NCBI GenBank assembly: GCA_963758525.1
Contig: CAVWVQ010000001.1
Span: 96,001-160,000 of the forward strand
Reading direction: 5' to 3'
Source: an uncultured Phycisphaerales bacterium
GTDB lineage: Bacteria > Planctomycetota > Phycisphaerae > Tepidisphaerales > Tepidisphaeraceae
Length of the DNA stretch: 64,000 nt
Below are positions 18,605 through 29,845 of the stretch, in pieces. Both the position numbers and the translations under genes were made by a program. How positions within the stretch are numbered: the first letter of the stretch is position 1; each line of letters starts with the position of its first letter. The notes beneath the pieces are model-generated. The model searched no databases and was not told the origin of the DNA. It saw nothing but the letters and a program-made list of their open reading frames with translations.

Positions 18605-19448
18605 CACCGCAGGGTCACCTGTCCAGAAATGATTCGATGGACGGTCCGTCCGTCGCTGAGCAGCAGCCTTCCGGTGCTGTCGAGCCCCTGGCACTTGCCG
18701 GACAGGACCGCGTCGTCCGGTGCATTGGAAATGCTGATCCGCCTTCCGACCAGCGCATGATGTGAATCATACTCTTTCAGGACAGCCGCGAATGGATGAT
18801 CGCTTCCTCGCTTCAGCACCGCGCGGAGATGCGAAGCGATCAGCAGCAGCGCATCGTTCGGATTGATCGGCGCGCCGCGCACTTGCGCGAGAGTCGTCAT
18901 GCGCTGTCGCAAGGGCAGGGGGCGCGAGAAACATCGACGTTCAGATTCAGACCGATGCCAACGAGATCGGCTTTGAGTATGCGTTCGCAGAGCAGCCCGC
19001 CGATTTTGCGATCTCCAAAGAGGAGATCGTTGGGCCACTTCAGGAGGATCTCCTGACTCCCGCTCAGCTCCGCGGCCGCGTTGCGAACCGCCAGCCCCGC
19101 GATCAGCGGCAGTTGGTGCGGTGCGATCTGCTCATCGATCGGCAGCGCGATGGTCACGGTCAGGCATCCAGCCGCAGACCACCAGACGTTATCGCCGCGC
19201 CCGCGGCCCGCGGTCTGCCGGCCAGCGAGCACCACCGCCGGCGCAAAAAGATCACCGCGACGGCGCAGGGCGGCCGCGTGATCGTTGGTGCTTCGCAGGC
19301 GGGTAAACCAGTGCAGTCGAAAAGGTTTCAGCCCGCGTCGTAGTCGCGCAAGATCGAATCCTGCGGTGTGTCTCAGTGCCGTATCAACGGCGGCGCTGGA
19401 CGGGGCGTTCGTCAGCGTTGGCTTTCGCAGATCAACCCTCCAGGACAA
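18604..19448 (-). CDS. birA: Biotin--protein ligase (frameshift near 18920)
   Basis: STND, QTAGRGRGDNVW, LKWPNDL..RKIGGLL, VGIGLN; C-terminal SH3-like GKCQGLDSTGRLLL in the next frame; start uncertain. Confidence 0.9.
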
Positions 19449-22400
19449 TCAGCAGATCCTTGGCGCTGACAACCGATCCCGCCTTCACCAGCACATCGCC
19501 GATCTTCGCGTCCCGCGGACTGTACACCGCCGTCTCCATCTTCATCGCCTCGATCGACAGCAGCCGTTCTCCGGTTTTCACGTCCTGCCCTTTCTTCACC
19601 ATCACGCTCGAGACTTTGCCCGGCATCGGCGCGGCAACGTGATTGAGATCATCCGGATCGGCCTTGGGCTGCCGGTGCAGTTTCCCTTCCAAAGAACGGT
19701 CCGGGACGTTGACTTCGCGCGGCTGGCCGTTGAGCTCGAAAAAGACCGTTCGCAGGCCGTCCGCACGCGCGTCGCCGGTCGTGAGGTACTTGATGATCAG
19801 CGTCTTGCCCGGCTCGATCTCGACGGAAATCTCCTCGCCGCTCTGCAGGCCGTAGAAGAATGCCGGAGTCGGAATCACGCTGGTGTTGTCGTACCTCTGC
19901 AGATGCTTCGCGTAATCGAGATAGACCTGCGGGTAGAGCACGTAGGACACGGCATCGATGTCGCGTACGTCCTGCTTGAGCTTTTGCTGCAATTCCGTTT
20001 TCACCGCCGTAAAATCCGCCTTGGGAAGCTTGGCGCCGGGGCGTCCCTTTATCGGTTGGACATCCGCATTTTTGAGGATGATGCGCTGAAGCACCTTCGG
20101 CCAGCCGCCCTCGGGTTGCCCGAGCATTCCCTGCATCATCTCCACGACGCTGCGCGGAAAATTGAGCTTCTTTTCGGGCGCCAGCACGTCCATCGCGGAC
20201 AGTCCGTTGGTAACCATGAATAGTGCGAGATCGCCGACCACTTTGCTCGAGGGCGTCACCTTCACGATGTCGCCCAGCAGTTCGTTCACCTGCGCGTACG
20301 CCCGGGCAATTTCCTCCCAGCGCCCTTCAAGACCCAGGCTCCGCGCCTGCTGGCGAAGATTCGTATATTGACCGCCCGGCATCTCGTGCTGATACACCTC
20401 GGCCGTTCCGGCTTTCATCTCTTCTTCAAACGGATAGTAATATTCGCGGACGCCTTCCCAATAGCGGCTCAGGCGATTGAGCGCCTCGAGATCGAGCGCG
20501 GAATCGCGCGCCGTATGCTGCAGCGCCGCGACCAGCGAATTCAGATTCGGCTGACTGGTCATCCCGCTCATGGCCGCCAGCGCCCCGTCAACGATGTCGA
20601 CGCCGGCATCGCTGGCGCGCAACACGCTCGCGGCGTTGACGCCGCTCGTATCGTGCGTGTGAAAATGAATCGGCACGCCCACCTCATCGCGGAGGGCTTT
20701 GACCAGCGCGTAGGCCGCGTATGGCTTGCACAGCCCCGCCATGTCCTTGATGCCGAGAATATGCGTTCCCATGTTGACCAATTCCTTGGCCATCGAAACG
20801 TAATATTTGAGGCTGTATTTGGTGCGCCGCGGATCGAGGATATCGCCCGTGTAGCAGATGGCGGCCTCGCAGAGGGAGTCAGTTTTCTCCCGCACCGCTT
20901 CGATCGCAACCTTCATGTTTTCGGTCCAGTTCAGCGAATCGAAGATGCGGAAGACGTCGATGCCGTGTGCTCCGGCTGCCTTGACGAATTCGCGGACGAC
21001 GTTGTCGGGATAATTGGTGTAGCCGACCGCGTTGCTCGCCCGCAGAAGCATCTGAAAAAGAATGTTCGGCACGCGCGTCCGAAGTTGGTCGAGCCGATCC
21101 CACGGATCCTCCTGCAGAAAGCGCATGGCTGTGTCAAATGTCGCCCCGCCCCACATTTCCAGGCTGAACAGGCCCGGCGTCAGATGCGCGACGGCGTCGG
21201 CGATCGCCAGCATGTCGTGCGTCCGGACGCGCGTTGCCAGCAGCGACTGGTGCGCGTCGCGCATCGTCGTGTCGGTGAACAGCAATCGCTTCTGCTTGCG
21301 CGTCCACTCGGCAAATTTCTCGGGGCCAAGCTCGCGAAGCCTGTCGCGCGTCCCCGCGGGCGGACGCGTTGCCTGCGGATAGGCGGGAATAATCAGTTCC
21401 GGCATGCGGCGATGCGGGTCGAGCTTCTCCTTGACCTCTGGCCGGCCATTGATGATGACGTCGCCCAGATAGCTGAGGATCTTCGTCGCCCGATCGCGAC
21501 GCGGCCGGAAGTGAAACAGCTCCGGCGTGTTGTCGATAAACGTCGTCAGGGCGTCGCCACTGACAAACGTCTTGTGCGAAAGAAGATTTTCGAGAAACGG
21601 GATATTGGTTTTGACGCCGCGCACGCGAAATTCGCGCAGCGCCCTGTCCATGCGCAGGATGCTTTCGCCAAACGTGCTGCCCCAGGTGGTGACTTTCACC
21701 AGCAGCGAGTCGAAGTAGGGTGTGATCACGGCGCCGCCAAAACCGTTGCCTCCATCGAGCCGAACGGCAAAACCGCCAGGAGAGCGGTAGGTGGTCAATC
21801 TTCCATAGTCGGGGATGAAATGATTCTCCGGATCTTCGGTGGTGATCCGGCACTGGATCGCGCAGCCGCGCGTTTCGATCTTCTCCTGTGGCGGAATGCT
21901 TAGCGGAGCCTCGTGCAACTTGAATCCCTGCGCGACGAGGATCTGGCTCTTGACGATGTCGATGCCGGTCACAACTTCCGTCACCGTGTGTTCGACCTGC
22001 ACGCGCGGATTCACTTCAATGAAGAAAAACTCGTGCCGATCCAGATCGAGCAGGAACTCCACGGTCCCGGCATTGCGATAATCCGCACCTTTGCAGAGCC
22101 GCACCGCTGATTCGCAGATCGCTTTGCGAAGTTCGAGAGGAAGGTTGATGCTGGGGGCAATCTCGACCACCTTCTGATGGCGGCGTTGGACGGAGCAGTC
22201 GCGCTCCCACAGATGAACGAGGTTGCCATGCTCGTCGCCGAGAATCTGCACTTCGATATGCTTGGCCCGCGCGACATATCGCTCGATGAAAACTTCTCCG
22301 CGGCCGAAAGCGGCCCCCGCTTCCCGCTGCGCCTCTTCGAGCCTGGGCATCAGTTCCTCGGCGGTGCGGACCACGCGCATCCCGCGCCCGCCGCCGCCGA

Positions 22401-22887
22401 AGCTGGCTTTGATGATGAGGGGATAGCCGATTTGCTTGGCGGCGGCCTTTACGTCAGCCGGATCGCTCAGCCCATGCTCCGTGCCGGGAAGCGTCGGGAC
22501 GTTGGTTTTCTTCGCGAGCCGTTTGGCGGCCGTTTTGTCCCCGAAGGTTTCCAAAAGCTGCGGCGTCGGTCCGACGAAGGTGATGCCGTTATCCTTGCAA
22601 GCCTGTGCCAGCCCCGCATTCTCGGCAAGGAATCCGTAACCGGGATGGATCGCGTCCACGCCGTGCTGCGTGGCGATTGCCATCAGCGCCGCAATATCCA
22701 AATATCCTTTGACCGGGCTGCCCCCTTCCGGCGGGCCGATCAGGTAGGACTCATCCGCTTTGAAGCGATGCAGCGAGAAGCGATCTTCATAGCTGTAGAC
22801 AGCGACGGTATCGAGCCCGAGCTCGGTAGCCGCGCGAAAAATACGAATCGCGATTTCACTTCGATTGGCGACGAGGAGCTTGCGCAT
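19432..22887 (-). CDS. pyc: Pyruvate carboxylase
   Basis: KLLVANRSEIAIR biotin carboxylase; DTTMRDAHQSLLATR carboxyltransferase; EAMKME biotin site. Confidence 0.98.
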   Translation of the reverse strand: MRKLLVANRSEIAIRIFRAATELGLDTVAVYSYEDRFSLHRFKADESYLIGPPEGGSPVKGYLDIAALMAIATQHGVDAIHPGYGFLAENAGLAQACKDNGITFVGPTPQLLETFGDKTAAKRLAKKTNVPTLPGTEHGLSDPADVKAAAKQIGYPLIIKASFGGGGRGMRVVRTAEELMPRLEEAQREAGAAFGRGEVFIERYVARAKHIEVQILGDEHGNLVHLWERDCSVQRRHQKVVEIAPSINLPLELRKAICESAVRLCKGADYRNAGTVEFLLDLDRHEFFFIEVNPRVQVEHTVTEVVTGIDIVKSQILVAQGFKLHEAPLSIPPQEKIETRGCAIQCRITTEDPENHFIPDYGRLTTYRSPGGFAVRLDGGNGFGGAVITPYFDSLLVKVTTWGSTFGESILRMDRALREFRVRGVKTNIPFLENLLSHKTFVSGDALTTFIDNTPELFHFRPRRDRATKILSYLGDVIINGRPEVKEKLDPHRRMPELIIPAYPQATRPPAGTRDRLRELGPEKFAEWTRKQKRLLFTDTTMRDAHQSLLATRVRTHDMLAIADAVAHLTPGLFSLEMWGGATFDTAMRFLQEDPWDRLDQLRTRVPNILFQMLLRASNAVGYTNYPDNVVREFVKAAGAHGIDVFRIFDSLNWTENMKVAIEAVREKTDSLCEAAICYTGDILDPRRTKYSLKYYVSMAKELVNMGTHILGIKDMAGLCKPYAAYALVKALRDEVGVPIHFHTHDTSGVNAASVLRASDAGVDIVDGALAAMSGMTSQPNLNSLVAALQHTARDSALDLEALNRLSRYWEGVREYYYPFEEEMKAGTAEVYQHEMPGGQYTNLRQQARSLGLEGRWEEIARAYAQVNELLGDIVKVTPSSKVVGDLALFMVTNGLSAMDVLAPEKKLNFPRSVVEMMQGMLGQPEGGWPKVLQRIILKNADVQPIKGRPGAKLPKADFTAVKTELQQKLKQDVRDIDAVSYVLYPQVYLDYAKHLQRYDNTSVIPTPAFFYGLQSGEEISVEIEPGKTLIIKYLTTGDARADGLRTVFFELNGQPREVNVPDRSLEGKLHRQPKADPDDLNHVAAPMPGKVSSVMVKKGQDVKTGERLLSIEAMKMETAVYSPRDAKIGDVLVKAGSVVSAKDLLIVLEG

Positions 22888-23061
22888 CAGATCCCTGGAA
22901 GCAGAAGGAAGGCGGTTAAACGCCGGCGCATCACCGCGCCGGCGAGGTCGGCGGTATTGTGAGAAACTGCCGGTGATTTGCAAGGGAAAGCGACGGAGAG
23001 CGAACGGGTCAGGCGTGCGCGAATCCCCGGGGCGAGGTGCTTCACGGCGATATCCGCTCTT

Positions 23062-23180
23062 CCCCCTCCCCTGGTACTCCGGGGGAGGGTTGGGGTGGGG
23101 GTTCGTCCGTCCGGCGGGCCACGGCACACTTACGATTCTCCTCCCACCTCAGTCCTCCCCGCGGGTACGAGGGGGGGAGG
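23062..23180. repeat. C/G-rich REP-like doublet
   Basis: ccccctcccctggtactccgggggagggttggggtggggg ... cctcccacctcagtcctccccgcgggtacgaggggggagg. Confidence 0.65.
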
Positions 23181-23352
23181 CAAGACAACTCTGCCCGGAA
23201 AACGCACGCCCGACGGGTCCTCGAGAAAATGTCCGATGGGAGATCGCGCGTATGGCTTGCAACCCACAAGGCCGACTACATTACGGACAGCACGATCTTG
23301 TTTACGGGGAAAATCGCCTTGTCCCTGTTTCGCAACGAGAGGTTGATCATCG

Positions 23353-24182
23353 ATGCCCGAACTTCCAGAACATCACTCCAGAACGGCTCACGCCGGGCAT
23401 CAAGACCGGCCAAAGCCCTGGAAGACACTGCGGGCTTCCGTTCCATACCGCTGGCTGCGGCCGATTCTGTTCGTCGACTGGCTCACGCAATGGGCCGTAT
23501 ACGCGATGAGCCATGTGTCGCTGCTGGAACTGCTGGAATATTGCGGCAGCTTTTCCATCCTCATCGCGGTGATCTTCTACTTCAAGGACGGCCCGGAACG
23601 AACGAAACTGAAGCACTACCAGGCCTGGCAGGTCATCAACACCGCGCAGGGAAAGGGAGGCAGCGGAGGGCGCACCGACGCGCTGCACGAGTTGAACGAA
23701 GATCACGTGCCGCTGGTGGGCGTGGATGTCTCCGATGCATTTCTGCAGAAGGTCGATCTCAAAGATGCCGATCTTCGCCGGTCCGACTTCCACGGAGCCG
23801 ACCTCAAAGGCGCCCAGTTGTCGGGCGCGAGTTTTGAGCAGGGGGAATTGGAGTCAGCGAACCTGCGGGAAGCCGACTTGTCGAAGGTAAACCTGACCAG
23901 CGCCCGGATAGCCGACGCCGATCTCACCAATGCGAATCTCACCGGCGTCCTTCTGCACGACGCGACATTTGATCGAGCGGATTTGCGCGGCGTGAACCTC
24001 GCGGGGGCACGGCAATGGGACGCCATCAGGAGTCTGACGCTCGCCAACATCCACGGGGTTCGCAACGCTCCGGAGGGCTTCGTCGACTGGCGCTGCACCG
24101 CGGAGCGGTCGACACCGAATCAGATGACGCGTGGGAGCAGCAGATCAGCTCCCAAAAGGTGACGCCGGCGACGAAGCCTTAA
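23353..24182 (+). CDS. Membrane-anchored pentapeptide-repeat protein (probable C-terminal frameshift near 24090)
   Basis: YQAWQVINTAQGKGGSGGR; A(D/N)Lxx repeats; restoring a G gives VDWALHRGAV...stop at 24182. Confidence 0.85.
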
Positions 24183-24457
24183 ATGACCTTGCGCTCACGC
24201 GCTGTCAATCTCCCACGTTCTGCGCGAATTCATGCGGATGAAAAAATCCGGTCTGACGCGGCGTGCGCGAATTTCCGGGTGCAACCTGTTCGCGGCGATA
24301 CCCCGCTTTTGCCCCCTCCCCTGGTAGTGGACGCCGCAATGATTGAAGGTAAAGTCTTTGGCTCCTGCGTCTGAGATCAGAGGGATCGCGGAATGCCGCG
24401 GAGCGACGGGATTGCTGTTCTCAAGCGGGATTGCTTTTCTCAAAAAGGAGGCCGTTC

Positions 24458-25396
24458 GTGGCGATCAACGAGAACCTGACGGAGTTCCAAGGGAAACGAG
24501 TCGAAGAGTTCGATCCCGAGCCGTTGCTTGGCGACGCTCGCACGGTGGCATACCGCATTCGTCTTGATTGGGACGAGGGCCAGGGCGGGACACGGTGGGT
24601 CGACAAGTTTGCCCAACTGCTTGAGAAGCCCGATTCCCGGCAGATTGAGACGCTGATCATCGGAGCGTGGGAAAACACCGCCGGCGGGACCGACTCGTCG
24701 TCCATCGTCGAAGCCCTGGTCGCCGCGCGGGACGTTCTTCCCAAGCTCAAGCATCTGTTCTTCGGAGACATCATCATGGAGGAGAGCGAAATTTCCTGGA
24801 TCAACCAGACCGACATGTCTCCGCTCTTTGAGGCTTACCAGGGCCTGGAGCATCTCACGATCCGCGGCGGAATGAATCTTTCGGTCGGTCGCATTCGCCA
24901 TCAGAAACTGCGCGAGCTGATCATTCAGACCGGGGGCTTGCCCCCGCAGGCGATTCATGAGATCACCGCCTCGGAACTTCCTGCGCTGGAACATCTGGAG
25001 CTTTGGCTCGGAGAGCCCAATTATGGGGGAGACGCCACCGCGGAGGACCTGGCGGCGCTGCTTCGCGGCGATCGTTTTCCAAAACTCAAATATCTGGGCA
25101 TCAAAGACAGCACCGTTGCTGACGAGATCGCGGCTGTTCTTGCCAACTCTCCGATTCTTGGAAAGTTGGATGTGCTCGATCTGTCTCTCGGCACGCTCGG
25201 CGACGAAGGGGCCGGTGCTCTGCTGGCCTCACCGCACATTCGCGGTCTGAAAAAGTTGGATGTGCACCACCACTTCATCTCGGATGATTTGGTGACAGAG
25301 TTGCAATCCCTGGGAATCGAAATCGATGCCGGCGACAAGCAGGAACTCCAGGAATGGGGCGGTGAACAGCATCGATTCATCGCGGTGAGCGAGTGA
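24458..25396 (+). CDS. STM4015-family protein (LRR-like)
   Basis: AAGGAGG then GTG start; LIIGAW, LFFGDIIMEESEISWINQTD, LEHLELWLG, LDLSLGTLGDEG, FIAVSE end. Confidence 0.85.
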   Translation: MAINENLTEFQGKRVEEFDPEPLLGDARTVAYRIRLDWDEGQGGTRWVDKFAQLLEKPDSRQIETLIIGAWENTAGGTDSSSIVEALVAARDVLPKLKHLFFGDIIMEESEISWINQTDMSPLFEAYQGLEHLTIRGGMNLSVGRIRHQKLRELIIQTGGLPPQAIHEITASELPALEHLELWLGEPNYGGDATAEDLAALLRGDRFPKLKYLGIKDSTVADEIAAVLANSPILGKLDVLDLSLGTLGDEGAGALLASPHIRGLKKLDVHHHFISDDLVTELQSLGIEIDAGDKQELQEWGGEQHRFIAVSE

Positions 25397-26597
25397 ACGC
25401 GGGCGCAGCGGCGCACCTGATTCCCCGAGACGGGCGGCCGCCGCGTTTCGTTGTCATCGGTATTCCCGGCTCGAGGCGGGTTGAGCTGTTTGATGCCGCC
25501 TTGCAACGGCAAGGCATTGCTGCATCGCTCTTGGTCCCATGGCTGCAGTGGATTGAGGGCTCGCATGCACTTGCCGGCACCTTGCGGGCCGGGGACATCG
25601 TTCGCATCGAGTCCCCGGGTCAGGATTTTGCCGTGGAACGCGCCATTCTCCGCGAAGGTATTGAGTCCGCCGAAGACGACAGATGCGCAATGCTCGGCGC
25701 TGCGGAACTGGCGCGGCTGGATTTCGACAGAGGGCGAATTCTTTGCCCGCGCCAGTGGTATCTCGGATTCGCGCGGTTGCTCGGCCGCCTGAAGAACGAG
25801 CTTTCCGAAATCAATGATCTGGTTCTGATGAACGACTGCGATGACATCGCCCTGATGTTTGATAAGCCGTCGTGTCACCTGGCCATGTTGGAAGCTGGGA
25901 TTTCCGTCCCCGCGTCATTGGGTCAGCCCAATTGCTATGACGAATTGGTCGCGGAGATGGTGCGCAGAAAAATCCATCGCGTCTTCGTAAAGCTCGCCCA
26001 CGGATCAAGCGGATCGGGAGTGGTTGCCTATCAGACGGATGGACGGCGGCACCTGGCCTGGACGACGGTTGAAACAGCGCGCAGTGCTGACGGCATCGGA
26101 TTGTACAATACCCGCAAGCTGCGCCGCCTCAGCGGCCACCTCGAAATTGCCCGGCTCATTGACGAACTCTGCCGGCACCGGGTGCACGTCGAGACCTGGA
26201 TTCCCAAGGCCGGGATCGAGGGAATGGTGTTCGATCTGCGCGTGGTGATGATCGCGGCCGCGCCGCGCAGGTGGTTGCTCGACTCAGCAATACGCCGGTC
26301 ACCAATCTGCATCTGCTGAATCAGCGGCGTGCTGGGTCGCTCGTGCGCGCCCGCATGGGGGAATCGGCCTGGCACGGCCTGATGAACACTTGCACCGATG
26401 CCATGCGACTTTTCCCTGGCAGCCTGCACGCGGGTATCGATCTGGCGGTCACACCCGATCTGAGGCACCATGCGGTTCTGGAGATCAACGCTTTCGGCGA
26501 TCTGATTCCCGGAGTTCTGCATGAGGGCATGGAAACCCACGACACGGAAATTCAGGCGATGATGACAAGTCACCTGACGCAAGGGGCCATTTCGTGA
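25393..26597 (+). CDS. STM4014-family ATP-grasp protein (frameshift near 26256)
   Basis: VRIESPG, MFDK, VFVKLAHGSSGSGV, VETWIPKA, FDLRVV; next frame TNLHL..AGIDL..LEINAFGDLIP. Confidence 0.85.
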
Positions 26598-27397
26598 ACG
26601 TTGCATCGATGATCGGGAGCCACGATATCCTCCTGGTGACGCTCGATACGCTGCGCTATGACGCGGCGGTCGAAGCGATGGAGCGTGGTCTCACGCCAGC
26701 GCTGCGCAGCGTTTGTCCCGGCGGTCGCTGGGAACTTCGGCACTCGCCAGGATCGTTTACCTACTCCGCACATCACGCGTTCTTTGCCGGCTTTCTCCCC
26801 ACTCCGGCCGCGCCGGGAACGCATCCGCGTCTTTTCGCCGCGCGATTCGTCGGAAGTGAATCCACCGGCGCCCAGACTGCCGTGTTTGATGCCCCGGATA
26901 TCGTCGCCGGCGTCGCACACGCCGGGTATCACACGGTCTGCATCGGAGGCGTCGGTTTCTTCAACAAGCAGACGCCGCTCGGATCGGTCTTGCCGTCGCT
27001 ATTTGCCGAGAGCCACTGGAGCCCGGAAATGGGCGTGACGTCGCGCGATTCGACGCAACGGCAATTTGAGTTGGCAAGCGCGATCATCGCAGAGTTGCCC
27101 CCTGACCGGCGCCTCATGCTGTTCCTGAACGTCTCCGCGATTCACCAGCCAAACTGCATCTACGTTCCAGGCGCCGCGGTCGACGACAAGCAAACGATGA
27201 TCGCGGCACTGGCGTATGCCGATTGCTGGCTGGGGCGTCTGTTCGAGATGATGCGTCGCCGAGCGCCGCTGCTGGGGGTCGTCTGTTCCGATCATGGAAC
27301 TGCCTACGGCGAGGACGGGTTCTGCGGCCATCGGATCGCCTCCCCGGTGGTCTGGAACGTTCCGTATGCGGAATTTGTCCTGGAGAAACTGCGATGA
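26594..27397 (+). CDS. STM4013/SEN3800-family hydrolase (alkaline phosphatase/sulfatase superfamily)
   Basis: LLVTLDTLRYD, HSPGSFTYSAHHAFFAGFLPTP, CIGGVGFFNK, CSDHGTAYGEDG. Confidence 0.88.
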   Translation: MNVASMIGSHDILLVTLDTLRYDAAVEAMERGLTPALRSVCPGGRWELRHSPGSFTYSAHHAFFAGFLPTPAAPGTHPRLFAARFVGSESTGAQTAVFDAPDIVAGVAHAGYHTVCIGGVGFFNKQTPLGSVLPSLFAESHWSPEMGVTSRDSTQRQFELASAIIAELPPDRRLMLFLNVSAIHQPNCIYVPGAAVDDKQTMIAALAYADCWLGRLFEMMRRRAPLLGVVCSDHGTAYGEDGFCGHRIASPVVWNVPYAEFVLEKLR

Positions 27398-28731
27398 GCC
27401 TCGCGCAGTTTCCGCTCACCGTCGCCTCGCTGAAATCGGCAACGCCGTACGCGGCCTACTCGTATTCCTATCCGCACAAGACGGCCTACCGCCCGATCTC
27501 ACCCGCGCTGAGCCTTCACGATGCCTGGAAGAACGAGGCTGTCGATTCCCTGTTCCTTTACGTTCACCTCCCGTTCTGCGAGATGCGCTGCGGATTTTGC
27601 AATCTCTTCACCACTGCAAACCCATCGGAAGACGTGGTTGACGTTTATCTGCAGGCGCTGCAGAGGCATTGCCGGCGGATCAGCAACGCGATCGCCTCGC
27701 CGCGATTCGCGCGATTCGCGATCGGCGGCGGAACGCCCACCTTTCTATTGGCACGGCAACTTCAACGACTCTTCGATCTGCTCGCCCGCGATCCCGCCGT
27801 CGATCCGCGGCAAACGCCAACTTCCGTCGAAACGTCGCCGCGCACCGCGGATGACGATCGTCTTGGCGTGCTGAAGGATCGCGGCGTCAGCCGGATCAGT
27901 ATCGGGGTGCAGAGCATGATCGACAGCGAAGTAAACGCGGCCGGCCGCGCGCAAAAGGAGCAGTGGGTCACCGCGGCGATCGACCGCATCCGAAAACACG
28001 GATTTGCCACGCTGAACGTTGATCTCATGTACGGTTTGCCAGGACAGAGCGCTGCGTCTTTCGCGCAATCGCTGAAGCGTGTTCTGAAGTTTCGGCCCGA
28101 GGAATTGTACCTCTATCCGTTATACGTGCGGCCGCTGACCGGACTGGATCGATGGGGCGAGCAGCCGGCAGATCAGCTCCGGTTGGACTGCTATCGGGCA
28201 GGACGCGACCTGTTGCTCGCGGGCGGTTACGAGCAACTGTCGATGCGCATGTTCCGGGCGAGTTGGGCGCCCGATCAGGGCGGACCAGTGTATTGTTGCC
28301 AGGACGACGGAATGGTCGGGCTCGGCTGCGGAGCGAGGTCTTACACAACCGGGCTTCACTACTCGAGCGAATATGCCGTCGGCGCTGCGGGCGTGAAAGC
28401 GATCCTGCGCGATTACCTCACCAAGACCGATGCTGATTTCGATCGCATCTCATACGGCTGCTTTCTCGACGGCACGGAACAGCAGCGAAGGTACATCATC
28501 AAGTCGCTTCTTCGATCCGAGGGCTTGAGCGAAGCTGCCTACGTGAGACGATTTGGTAGGGAATTGCTGATCGACGTGCCGGAGATAACCGACTTGGTTC
28601 AGGAACGACTGGTGGAACGGAATGGCTCTCTTCGATTAACAGAAAGCGGGATGGAGCGATCAGATGCGATTGGCCCATATCTCTATTCCGGCGCGGTGAA
28701 GCAGATGATGGATGATTACGAGCTTCATTGA
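27394..28731 (+). CDS. STM4012-family radical SAM protein (HemN-like)
   Basis: YSYPHKTAYR, LYVHLPFCEMRCGFCNLF, GGGTPT, RISIGVQS, DLMYGLPGQ. Confidence 0.9.
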   Translation: MSLAQFPLTVASLKSATPYAAYSYSYPHKTAYRPISPALSLHDAWKNEAVDSLFLYVHLPFCEMRCGFCNLFTTANPSEDVVDVYLQALQRHCRRISNAIASPRFARFAIGGGTPTFLLARQLQRLFDLLARDPAVDPRQTPTSVETSPRTADDDRLGVLKDRGVSRISIGVQSMIDSEVNAAGRAQKEQWVTAAIDRIRKHGFATLNVDLMYGLPGQSAASFAQSLKRVLKFRPEELYLYPLYVRPLTGLDRWGEQPADQLRLDCYRAGRDLLLAGGYEQLSMRMFRASWAPDQGGPVYCCQDDGMVGLGCGARSYTTGLHYSSEYAVGAAGVKAILRDYLTKTDADFDRISYGCFLDGTEQQRRYIIKSLLRSEGLSEAAYVRRFGRELLIDVPEITDLVQERLVERNGSLRLTESGMERSDAIGPYLYSGAVKQMMDDYELH

Positions 28732-29648
28732 TGACGTCATACACTATTTTGTATCGCGGCCCGCTTTCGAGTTGCAATTACGGTTGCGGCTATTGTCCCT
28801 TTGCAAAGCGAAGTGAAACCCATGCCCAGTTGCAGGGCGATCGGGATGCGCTGGAGCGATTTGTCGAGTGGATTTCACGACAGAATATTTGCGACACCGA
28901 CATTTCCGTATTGTTTACCCCCTGGGGCGAGGCGCTGATCCGCCGCTGGTATCAGGATGCGATTGTGGATTTGAGCAATCGAACGTACGTCCGCAAAGTT
29001 GCGATTCAGACCAATCTCTCTGGTTCGCTTGATTGGCTCCACCGTTGCGACCTGCAGAAGCTGGGGCTCTGGTGCACGTATCATCCGCGAGAAACGCCGC
29101 GACAACGATTTCTGGAGCAGTGCCGAAAGCTCGACGAAGCCGGCGTTCGATACAGCGTCGGCGTCGTCGGAGTCAGGGAACACCTTGACGAGATTGAGGC
29201 CATGCGAAATCTTCTGCACCCGGGCGTCTACCTGTGGGTCAACGCTTACAAGCGCGTGGACGACTACTACACCGGCGATGAACCATCCCGGCTCGCCGCT
29301 ATCGATCCTCTCTTCCCCGTGAATAACACGCGTCACGCGAGCTTCGGCGAGCGATGCAACGCGGGCGAAACGGTTTTTTCCGTGGACGGCGACGGGAATA
29401 TCCGCCGCTGCCATTTCATCAATGAAGTGATCGGCAACATCTACAACCCGGATTGGGCCCGGTGCCTGCAGCCACGAACCTGCACGAATCAAACCTGCGG
29501 CTGCCACATCGGCTACGTCCACATGCCGCGCCTTGGGCTGCAAACTGTCTTTGATGATGGGCTGCTGGAGCGAATTCCACGGTCTCGCGCAGCCGCTTTC
29601 GCTCTTCCCGTACTGCCGCGGCCCAGTGCCGACACTGCGAACGAATGA
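28728..29648 (+). CDS. STM4011-family radical SAM protein
   Basis: ILYRGPLSSCNYGCGYCPFAK, FTPWGEAL, AIQTNLS, C-terminal Cys cluster CNAG..RCHF..CTNQTCGCHIG. Confidence 0.88.
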   Translation: MMTSYTILYRGPLSSCNYGCGYCPFAKRSETHAQLQGDRDALERFVEWISRQNICDTDISVLFTPWGEALIRRWYQDAIVDLSNRTYVRKVAIQTNLSGSLDWLHRCDLQKLGLWCTYHPRETPRQRFLEQCRKLDEAGVRYSVGVVGVREHLDEIEAMRNLLHPGVYLWVNAYKRVDDYYTGDEPSRLAAIDPLFPVNNTRHASFGERCNAGETVFSVDGDGNIRRCHFINEVIGNIYNPDWARCLQPRTCTNQTCGCHIGYVHMPRLGLQTVFDDGLLERIPRSRAAAFALPVLPRPSADTANE

Positions 29649-29736
29649 ATGACGTAACGTGGGATACCTACCGCCGTTTTGTTGCCTAGCCTCGAGTGCT
29701 TCGCTCCATCAGAATTTGCGGGGCGATTGATCCGCG

Positions 29737-29794
29737 GTAGGGCGGGATTCATCCCGCCGCAACTTGAGAGGCGGCGGGATGAATCCCGCCCTAC
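29737..29794. repeat. GTAG-type REP doublet
   Basis: gtagggcgggattcatcccgccgc...gcggcgggatgaatcccgccctac. Confidence 0.85.
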
Positions 29795-29845
29795 ACCCGC
29801 AGTTTCAAGCGAATGATCCACTGGTTCTTCCGTCTGCGTCGGTGC

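Noticed and set aside
20368..21903. Long antisense ORFs over pyc (also over thiC, ilvD, atpB and galM)
   Set aside because: Shadow ORFs expected from high-GC codon bias opposite well-supported genes
22888..23127. 80-aa N-terminal extension of pyruvate carboxylase in the ORF track
   Set aside because: Runs through a REP element; homology begins at MRKLLVANR (22887)
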